From: Bilabrum cf. latius
Taxonomy: Eukaryota
Reading direction: 5' to 3'
DNA: 64,000 bases
Assembly (NCBI GenBank): GCA_965178125.1
Contig: OZ237749.1
Coordinates: forward strand, 62,001-126,000
Shown: piece after piece, positions 51,824 through 61,200 of the stretch
How positions within the stretch are numbered: position 1 is the first letter of the stretch
Layout of the letters: each line of letters begins with the position of its first letter
Notes under the pieces: model-generated
Seen by the model: the letters and a program-made list of their open reading frames with translations, nothing else
Database searches by the model: none
What the model was told of the DNA's origin: nothing
Program-made: the position numbers and the translations under genes

Positions 51824-51896
<73 letters not shown>

Positions 51897-53956
51897 CAGC
51901 CACGCCTGCGCCCCGCCGGAGCCGCTCGAGTTCTACCTCGAACGGAGGCAGCGCAAAGATCGGGAGTCCGTCCTCTTTGCCCACCCTTGGAAGCCCCTCT
52001 GGCCACTGCCCCTTGGAGGCAGGGGCAGAGAACCCCCGGAACAGGGCCTCCAGGGCAGCACGCCTGCCCTCCGTCGAGAGCTCCGGCACACCGCCCTTGC
52101 CGCCCGCCTGGCACGCATCGCACAGCGCCCGCACCTGCTCCTCACTCACGCGATTCACATCCCCTTCCTCCTCTTCCTCCTCGCCATCTCCGATTCCCAC
52201 GGGCAGCGGCTGCAGCGCGGGCACCTTTTCCTCCTCCAGGAAGAACGACACGAAGCGGTCCATCCCCACGTAGCCAGCCCGGTCCTCGTCCAGTGCCATG
52301 AGCAGCCTGACGGCCCGCCCCAGCGGCGTGCGGTCCACCCTGTGGCCCATGATCCGATCCGTGACCTGCTTGACCTCCCCGTTTGTCAGATGCACCGGGT
52401 ACCCCTTGCGGAGGACTGGGTCTGCGTCTAGGCTCAGCCGGGCGGCCCTCTCCAGCGCCTGCACGGAGGGCCCCTTGCCCTTCTTGGCCTGTTTGAGGGC
52501 CTTCCTGGCCCTCTTGCACGTATCCAGGCAGTCCATACCCATGGACACATCGAGGAAGCTCACATGGGAGAGGGGGACGCCCATGGCCTCCGCCATCTTG
52601 CGCTGCACGAGGTCCCCGAATGCGTACGGAGTCTGCTGCGACTCCGGAAGCTCCTTCTCGGGGTCCACCACGGGTAGGTACTGCACGGTCATTGTGTTGA
52701 ACACGCTCAGCAGCATCCGAATGGTGAGGGGGAGCCCCCTGGGCCCGTCGTTCACCCAAGAGGGGTCAAAGTATCTGTACCGGTACTGCATCACCACCGG
52801 CTGCACGGGCTTCATGGGCAGAAAGGCACCGTACTTGAAGCTCTGCAGGGCCAGCCCGTTGCCACAGGTACCCTCGGGGAATATCATCAGCCTCGTGACG
52901 CCCGGCCTCGGGTCACTGGCCCTGGCGATGATCTTCTCCGTGATTGTGACCGGCTTGTTCGGCTGCTCGTCTCCTTCGCTGCCGCTGCTGCTGCCAGCCT
53001 TGCCAGGCTATGAGCTGCCCTTCTTGGCCTCCCTTTTGCCGCGGGTCTGCCGGTCCTTCTTTTGTTTCTTCTTCTCCGCCTCCTGTTTCGCTTTCTTCTT
53101 CTCGGCTCCTCTGTCAATCCAGAGGGCCCCTACGGCCCTGAACACCAGCCCGGCGAGAGGCTGCGGTGAGGACGCTTGCAGAAAGAGATACGCATCAAAT
53201 ATGTTAGCAGATTCACCGCGCATCAGGCATGGCGCAACCTCATGCGCTTGTAGGAGCTGTTGCAGCCGAACCACTACGGGAAGTGGCTTGATCTTACGAC
53301 GTTCTTGCTCTCGATTCTGACGGCGGGCGCAGCAATGTTGGAGAACAAATATACCGGGTCCATGAAGCATGTGTGGTTGCCCACCAAGATGGGAGCCTGC
53401 TCGCGGCTTGCGATGGTGCCCTTGGTCTCTATCCAGTAGAACCCGCCTGTCCACAGCTGGGCTCGAACAATGCCCTTCGCCACCTCCATCACGGCCAGGC
53501 GCCAACCAGAAAGCGGTTCTCCGCTGTCTTGATCCGTTCCCAGAGTAGCAATCCAGCAAACAATTCCACATGAACCGACGCACAGTCTGCGGTGGTCGAT
53601 GTTGGAGGATTCCGCAATGCGAGTGGCAGATAGTACAAATGACAGCCAACCTCTTGTGTGATCGTACCGCAGAAATCTTACATTGTCAGAATCACGCGAA
53701 TCAGCAATACTGGAAACAATACAATGCCCTGCGGGAAGGTGCACAACACGAGGAATTGGAAACGAGGACAGCAAAGTACTCCAGAAAACGTTTGTCCCAC
53801 GCGCGCTTGGTCGACTTTTCGCACCTTGGCATAATCAAGTATCGTGGCATCCCTTGTCCTGTTCCGTTGCGTGTCGATTGCAGTCATTGGAAACGTCGGC
53901 AGCAATTTCTCAAGTTCTTGGCCAAGCTCCATTGCCGATTCGCTTCGAGATTCCAT
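51364..53956 (-). CDS. LPCAT: Lysophospholipid acyltransferase of LPCAT type (PlsC domain + degenerate EF-hand); introns 53161-53297, 53587-53681 and probably 53729-53824; 1 in-frame TAG (53008)
   Basis: NHTCFMD (NHX4D), IFPEGT, FKYGAF...PVQPV. GTAAG...CGCAG introns with matching phases restore ESKNV|PLAGLVFRAVGALWIDR. The C-terminal DKKEE (KKxx ER-retrieval signal) sits directly before TGA. Confidence 0.88.
51821..51898 (-). repeat. (GAGCCA)13 coding microsatellite encoding a Gly-Ser repeat in LPCAT
   Basis: Perfect hexamer tandem read directly from the sequence. Confidence 0.9.
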
Positions 53957-55712
53957 GTCAAGATGGACTGACTGTCACCGGCACTTATTAGCAAGCTCTT
54001 GTGCGTTTTGTTTGCACGCTTGTGATGGCACTGCGGTACCAGATTCTGCCACGCATCTCGCCACCAATTTCACCAGGGTGTGACGAGGCCTACAACGACA
54101 AATCCAGATTTCATCAGATTTGGACAGGATACACGCTGCACAGTGCTGTGCTGCCAGGCAAGTTGTCCCACCGCCAACCGTGCCGTGCTCTCTGCAGTGC
54201 GGGGCTTATCGAATGCACATCTGCAGGTTCACCGACCGGCGATCCCGGATCTCCATGATGCTCGGCTCACCGCGATGAAGGCGACCGCACCCGCTGGTTT
54301 CATCGCCCTTGAAGCGCTGCTGCGAATGGTCGCGGGCGGTGTTCAACGGAGGCCCACCGCTGGCAGCATCGCGATTCCAGCCACCTCTGTCTCCACCAAC
54401 AGTCTCGGCCCGGTGGTGCCTGCCGCCACCAGCCCAGCCCGGCTGCAGCACTGGACCCGTCCTTGTCGCTGCGTGATGAGCTGGCTCGCAGCCAGAAACG
54501 TGCTTTATATCATGCATGTCAGAAAGTCACATGGGCTCATGGATCTTCAACTGGAACCACAGGGAGTTCGTGGGCAGCTTCGGCCACGTTCCAGACGATG
54601 ACGGCCGAGTACTCCCAGCCACTTGGAACGCTCGAGTGTTTCGCCTTGGAACTTTTGCAGAAAGATTTCGAGCGAAAGTACGAAGCAGCTGGGCTTCTTT
54701 TCAAGTAATGATTTAGTTGGATGCTGCATGTTTGGCAGCGTTCTGTCCCCGAGATGTTGTGTATGTGGCTCGCGTTGGAAGACACAGATATATCTCGTAA
54801 ATACAATAATGACAACTATTAACATGCAATCCATCCAACCCGCAAAACTATACTCCGCCTTACTCATGAATCATCGTGTGTGTTCAGCACCACCATCATG
54901 GACCCGTCTTAACGCTGCAAGAAGCAGTAAAGCGCCACGCCAACCAGTGCCAATCAGTCGACTTTCTTCCCTTCTGTTTCGAGCCGTTTGCATGAATACT
55001 GTGGTGATCCTACTTCAAACTCTGGCTCTGGCAAAGGCTTGCTAGCTCCAAATCCAAAGTACTCTACCAGAACCTCCATTGGTGCATACACGCACTCTGG
55101 GGTGGGATACACGTAAAAATCGAACCAATACTTGACAAGCTCTAAGTCGCTCCACTGTGGGTGGCCGCGCGACGTGTTCCTGCGGCTCACACGAGATGGC
55201 ACATCGACGTTGAGCACCTCCAAGAACTTGGCTCTCCTACGGGCCTCATGCTCGCCCAGCCACTCCAGTCGCATGTATAGCAATTCCTTTCCCAGCTTCA
55301 GATTGTCGTATATCAGCCGTGAGTGTGTGGTCACCAGCGCTACGTGGCCCTACAAATACTTGACAAGTACTTGCTCGCAGCGAATCGACACTGTGATGCC
55401 ATCCAGAAGCTCGATGGAGCGGAACCCGACTGGAGGTTGGGGTACATAAACCACCCTCTTGTCCTCGGGTCTGATGGCTTCTGCTGCGTGATCCGATGGC
55501 CTGCTCAGCCGCAACTTTCTGCGTTTCAGCGTCTGGCCACCGCGGTCGCTCAAAACCAATGACATGTTGCCGCTGTCAGAAACTGCTAAAGCAAAGCATG
55601 TCTGCAGCGATTTGACTATCAATGGGGAGGAAGATGCATCATTTAGCTAAATGTCTCTAGCATGTGGAAGTTAAGCCAGAGCGCATTTCCAAACAGCACG
55701 CAACTGGTTGAA

Positions 55713-55725
55713 CCCCACGCAGACC
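55713..55725 (+). repeat. 13-bp target-site duplication CCCCACGCAGACC; further copies at 56033-56045 (identical) and 57315-57327 (two C>T changes)
   Basis: The three copies bracket both retroelement fragments exactly. Confidence 0.75.
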
Positions 55726-56032
55726 GGTCCGGGAGGACTTCGCCAGCCTGGCTGTAGGGGCAGCCGAAAACAACAACCTCGCCGTGGCGATCGCCAACGT
55801 CAAGGCAGGGTTGGCTCAGAACGGGCAGCAGGACGGGGTGCCGGCAGCGGGCGCCGGAGGGAACGTGAACGCTGACGCTCCCCAGGGGGAAATGGGTCCC
55901 CAGGGTGGAGCTTAGGTGGTTTAGGCCATTGCAGCTGAAGCGTGAAGTCTGGTAGGTCCCGGGCCCTCGTTCCAGAGGTTTCTTCGTGATAGCGTGCGCT
56001 TTTGAGTTGAGTCCACAAAATATCAGATCCCC
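55726..56032 (+). mobile_element. Short 5'-truncated copy (3' ~305 bp) of the adjacent RLE-type non-LTR retrotransposon
   Basis: Near-identical (about 3 substitutions seen) to 57009-57314; flanked by the 13-bp target repeat. Confidence 0.8.
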
Positions 56033-56045
56033 CCCCACGCAGACC

Positions 56046-57314
56046 TGTCCAGCCTGAAGATGCCCGGGGCATGGTCTGCCAACGTCTTTCCATCCCATAG
56101 CCGTGCAGCTGTCCCCCACAACCTCTTGGGGCAACGCACGGTGCATGTGGGGAGGCGTGGCGCGTCACGCAGATCTGCCCGGGGTGCCGGAAGCAGGGCA
56201 AGGTAGTCGAACTGATCTAGTCTGTTCGCCACGGTGCCACGTGCAAGGACAAGCGTGTCTGCGGAGGCCTTCCAGGCCGCAGGCACTTCCGGGTGCTCAA
56301 CGTGCTCGAGCAGGTGGTCCGCGAGGCCACGGGCAGACGCCCTATCCGGGAGCCAGAGGGCCAAGTGGCCCGGCTGCCGGGTCGGCGCGGTCCGCTCGTG
56401 CCACGAGGCGACCTATTCTTTGAGCACGAGGGGACGGCTTATCTCATCGATGTCACGGTGGTTGATTCCACTGCGGCAACTTACCGGTGGGACCGCTCGT
56501 CGTGGAGGATTGGCAGCGACTGGCAAGAGGGGTCTGCTTTGCGGGCCGCGCATGCCACGAAGCTGGCCAGCTACGGCAGGCCCGTCGACCTCGGAGCGCT
56601 CGGCGTCCGGATCGGAGGAGAAGACAAGTAGTGTCCTGGGACCGTGAGGACGCAGAAAGGGGCGGTACGCAGTGGCGTGCGGGTCGTACCCTTTGTGGTG
56701 GACGTGTTGGGGGGAATCGGGGAGAAGTCGGTCGAGTTCCTGCAGGTGCTCGACAAGTTGCGGAAGAAGAGTTAGGAGGACAAAGGGCGGCGGGTTTCGA
56801 CTCGTCCGGCCAACGCACGCCTCTCGTGGTCTTCTGTGGCAAAGGCTCGCCTCTCCGTTGCCGCCTAGCACCAGCACGTGCGCGGGGAACAGCGTGTGTA
56901 TCACACTATGTACTCACGGGTCATGCAGGACCACTCAAGGATCCTCGATTTTGTCTCGAAGGGATCGAGGAGGGCTGCAGCGAAGGCCAAACGGGCGCTC
57001 GCAAGGGCGGTCCGGGAGGACTTTGCCAGCCTGGCTGTAGGGGCAGCCGAAAACAACAACCTCGCCGTGGCGATCGCCAACGTCAAGGCAGGGTTGGCTC
57101 AGAACGGGCAGCAGGACGGGGTGCCGGCAGCGGGCGCCGGAGGGAACGTGAACGCTGACGCTCCCCAGGGGGAAATGGGTCCCCAGGGTGGAGCTTAGGT
57201 GGTTTAGGCCATTGCAGCTGAAGCGTGAAGTCTGGTAGGTCCCGGGCCCTCGTTCCAGATGCTTCTTCGTGATAGCGTGCGCTTTTGAGTTGAGTCCACA
57301 AAATATCAGATCCC
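56046..57314 (+). mobile_element. 5'-truncated RLE-type (CRE/R2-superclass) non-LTR retrotransposon: CCHC zinc knuckle + restriction-like endonuclease ORF (ends TGA 57228) and ~85-nt 3' UTR; 7 in-frame TAG
   Basis: A single frame reads QRLSIP*P...CPGC...*SVRHGATC...RRHFRVLNVL...REPEG...RGDL...LIDVTVV...KLASY...VVPFVVDVLGGIGEKS...RLSVAA*HQH, the canonical C-terminus of RLE elements. No RT domain (truncated) and no poly(A) tail. Confidence 0.85.
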
Positions 57315-58244
57315 CTCCATGCAGACCTAGTGGAATCTACCCCTAGCAGCCGCAAGAATTCAGCTCCGACAATGGGCGTCTGCAAAACATCCGAATGCTC
57401 CAAGTGCTGACTGGAGGTGACTGTCGCTGCCGTCGACCCCCGGAGGTGCTACTTCCACCGACTAGCACCTACCAAAGATATCGCCACAAATGTCCGCAAG
57501 AAGTGACCACGTCTTGGTTCATCCCAGCTTCCTCCAGCCGAAATCCGAAGCCCAAGCATGATCAGCGGGGCGTAGAGTTCTCTGCCGCCTGCTGTTGTCG
57601 CCCACGCATGCACCTTCTTCAGGATCAATGTTCCAGTTCTTGGCGGGGTGCGTCATGTCCAAAGGGTAGCTTGTCGTCGGCCTGTAATCGACCGCTGAGG
57701 AGGGCTGAGACAGGAGCGGCGGCGGGGCCATGGGCTCCCCGTCAGCACCGTATCCGTCGTGCATCTACTGCAGCTGGCTGCAGCCGCCGAGTTGCGAGAT
57801 GAGGTAGGCCTGGCATAATCATAACATAGATCTGTGCTTGCCTCTCTGCATCTTCTGCTGCTGTTGTCACCCGTGCCAGCCTTGTTGTCTTCGTCCTGGC
57901 CCCTGCCTGTCCCTTGCTGCCTCTCTGCGAAATCTCTCTCAGCCGGCGCTAGCTCTTGCTCTCTTGCTCGCGGAGCCAAACTGCCCTGGCCCAGGGGTGA
58001 TCCGCGTCCAAGACACAGCTGCGGGGCTATTTGATGCGACTCGCGACAGGCACGCATCTTTCCTGGCCAGGGGCGGCGGCAGTTCGGTGGGAGGCGCGCC
58101 TAAGAGGCCCGTCCTTGCAGCAGTACCGAACCTTCTCGAGCCACTCTTGACCTGTAGTGGCCAGGAGATAGCCAAATTCTTTGCTCCTTGCTTGGAGAGC
58201 TGGCAGGTTTGAATCCTCGTCTCGGCCGCTCCCCTCCATCAGGA

Positions 58245-61200
58245 TCACTCGCTCTCCTCTGACGACACGTACGAGTCCATGCTGCTGGTCTCGCTGCTGG
58301 TCTCGCTGCTGCTACCATCGCTGGCGATCTCTGCCTCTATGAAATCTTCTCTGTCTGAAGCTGCATTGCCCGGTACCGGACACCCAAGCGAAGCCGCCAT
58401 AGCTCTCTGGACGGGAGAGATAGCCTTAGCATCAAAGGTCCACCGCATGTGTTCCTTTAGCCGGTCTCTAGCCCTCCCTTCTGCTGCGAGCTTACCTGTT
58501 TCATCGCTATCCACAATGGAGCGCAGGTTGCTAAGCAGCAACTCGAAGGAATCTTCCTCTCTAAGGCTGTGCAGTCGGTACGAGCTTGCTACCCTGTCAA
58601 AGAAGGCCTGGTAGGCCTTGCCAACACCAAATTTCGACTATGCCAGTTCCAGCGCAACTTGTAGCGCGCGAAAAATCTCCCCCGCAGAGCGTTGTCCTGC
58701 ATTGAGGGCTTCAATCTGCTCCTCGACAGCCTCGATGTGCTCCGAGGAGCCCGCCCCAGACGCACCAACCACGTCTTGGACGTACTGCCTCAGCCCACGA
58801 TACGCAATCCCCACCTGCCCGGTGCTGAGCTCATCAGGTTCATACACGCCTTCCCCATCTGCAATATCAACCATCAGCCTCAAGACGCGCACGTAGGACT
58901 TATGGGACTTGCCGGCAGCATCGAACACCTGCTACATGTGTCTGCTAGCCGCCTCAAAGGGTTCACGCCGCATGCCCATCTTCTTCATGCTCTCAACCAC
59001 ACTATCCAGGGCGTTCATGGCACCATCCCCATGAGGGCCGTCAATCTATATACGAATTGCAAGCCGCTGCTGCAGTGCATCTAGTTTGGGTCGATATATG
59101 GAAGAGTGGGACGCGCGACCGCCAGCATGGCTACAGTCTTCAACCGACGTACTGTCGCCATCCTCATCTTCATGGTCATCGACTTCGTAATCCTGCAACT
59201 CTTCGTCATCCTGCCTGCCCTCGAAAAATTCTGCGGTGAGTCCGAGCGCCTCGGCGTGCTCTTCAGAAATGTCGCCGTACTTTCCAGCCACATCTGTGAC
59301 AAATTGCCGCACTAACGCTGCTGCCTCGCCCCGCATGCTAAGACCACGTAGCGATTCGGCAGTCCATCTGATGACTTTTTGATGATCGTTGCTGAACAGC
59401 CCAGCCGCATCACGGAAATGGCCTTCCACTCGGTGCGCGAACTTCTCTGCCTCGCCGGCTTGGCCTCGTTGCTCGGCAGCGCCGAAAACTTCTTCGATCT
59501 ACATTTCCATCGTTTGCCAGCTCGGTCGTTTAACTTCATCGCTTATCTGGGCCAGTACCTCACGAGTCGCTCGGCTGACCTGCCCTGCATCGCACAGAAG
59601 CCGCACCAGCGTGCCGACGGACGTATCGCAGCGCATTGTTCCACGGCATGAGGCCTCAAGCGACATCATCTCTTCGTGAGCTGCAACAGCTTCAGTGTAT
59701 CTGCCGTCGCGATTCAACTGCTCTTTCAAGTCATCAAGGGCCATGATCAGGCTGCTGGGATCTCCACTGCTTGCGTGCTGCTCTCTCCCGCTCTCCACGA
59801 GCTCTCCCAGCAAGGGGATGACTTGATCGAATCGACGAGCTCGCTTGAGGACCTTTATCAATATCCGCCGGCTGGTATCTGTCTGCTTTGATGCGAAGCC
59901 GAATCGCTCCTTGCACAACTTTAAGTGCTCGGCGGCTAGCTCCTCGGCGCTGGGCACATCGGAACTCTAGGCTGCACCGGTGCCCGAATACGGTGCTTGG
60001 GCAGCATCATCGCATTCCAGAGGGCCCTCCTGCGAGCTGCAGTCGCTCTCAATCGTAGAATCTGTGGTCGAATCATAGTCGACTCTACCACTGTGTCTTC
60101 TATTTCCAAGCAGTTCGACAAGCTGGGCCAGCAGCTCCAGGTGCTTATCCCCACCCCTGTCATTTAGTCCGAGCACCTCTACGCAGCTCCTAACGGCCGA
60201 CAAGTGGGCACCGTTCTGCAGCAGCTATTCTTCTTTCTCACTCCTCACCAGGATTGCATCGAAATGCTACTAGCTGCCACGGCCGTGCATTTCTTCCGCC
60301 CTGCGCTCTCGATCCCTGTATCCATGCAACACCTCGGCTTTGCCCCCCTCTCTATGAACAAGCAGCCCCTCGACGTAAGCCTATATTCGCATGTACACGG
60401 AGCCACCTGGACCAGCGGTCTTGCCTTTCTTTGCAAGCGACGATAGTACCCTGCGATACAGCATGAATACTTCTTCGCTCTCAGCAACCCCATCTATACG
60501 ATTTGCTGCCCGCACCATGGCAGCCAGGTGCGGGATACTTTCCGACCCGTGTTTCTATGCTGCTGTTGACACTATGATGTGGATCTTGTCTAGTGCCCAC
60601 CTCACCTACTCTGTTTCAGTTTCATCCAGCTAGTCCTACACGAGGTAGGCCACGCAGTCTACCTTTAGGACAGAGGTCGTAACGTCTTGACGCAGCTGGG
60701 ATGGGCTTGGTACAGAACGAGGACTTTTCTCTGCTGCCAGCTGGGAAGAATCTCGACTGGCCACCACAAGGTCGTTGCTTTTATCATCGCTAGTAAGCCC
60801 AGCACAGTACTCGTTGTAATCAAGATCGTCGAACAGCACGGCTCCGGCTGCCACCTCCAGTGCGTACGTGACTGGATGCGTTCCGTCGTACATGTCGTAA
60901 TATAGCAGTTCGGCTCCCTCCTCAAAGCATAGATCATTGTCTTTCCACCACGGGAAGAGAGCAGTAACGCAATCGGCGTAGGCCTCGACCGCCCGGTCCG
61001 TGTTGCCGAGTCGATGCAAGTCATCGATAACTTTGATGAGGACCGCTAGAAGACCTGAAATGTCGCCTTCCTGGGCATTTCTGTCCTACTTGAGAGCGAC
61101 CTGACACATGCAAACTGCTTCATCTAGCATTCCCACTTGCAGCAAAATAAGTGCCGCGATGTGCCACGATGCGTATCCAACAGAGGCATAGCGGTGCTAG

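Larger units (their letters stand above)
54954..58248 (-). pseudogene. Degenerate coding sequence of unknown function, interrupted by the retroelement insertions and apparent frameshifts
   Basis: Removing the insertion and the extra target copies fuses ...FLRLLGVDSTRSAW to GSTSCVLFGNALWLNFH in frame. Pieces 55350-55622 and 54954-55334 join through TAG and end at TGA. Frame changes are needed near 55650 and within 57520-58250. Confidence 0.45.

Noticed and set aside
19787-53320. Numerous long antisense or alternate-frame ORFs (e.g. 19787-21001 -, 28454-29887 -, 34220-35770 -, 51217-52431 +)
   Set aside because: These are shadow ORFs expected from high GC opposite well-supported genes, with no recognisable domains.
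54080-54708. Short plus-strand ORFs (e.g. ...LELLQKDFERKYEAAGLLFK)
   Set aside because: Somewhat protein-like but fragmented across frames, with no recognisable family.
55726-57327. The ~320-bp direct repeat read as LTRs of an LTR element
   Set aside because: No TG...CA ends, PBS or PPT. The repeat is the 3' end of an RLE ORF plus UTR, and target repeats separate the two copies.
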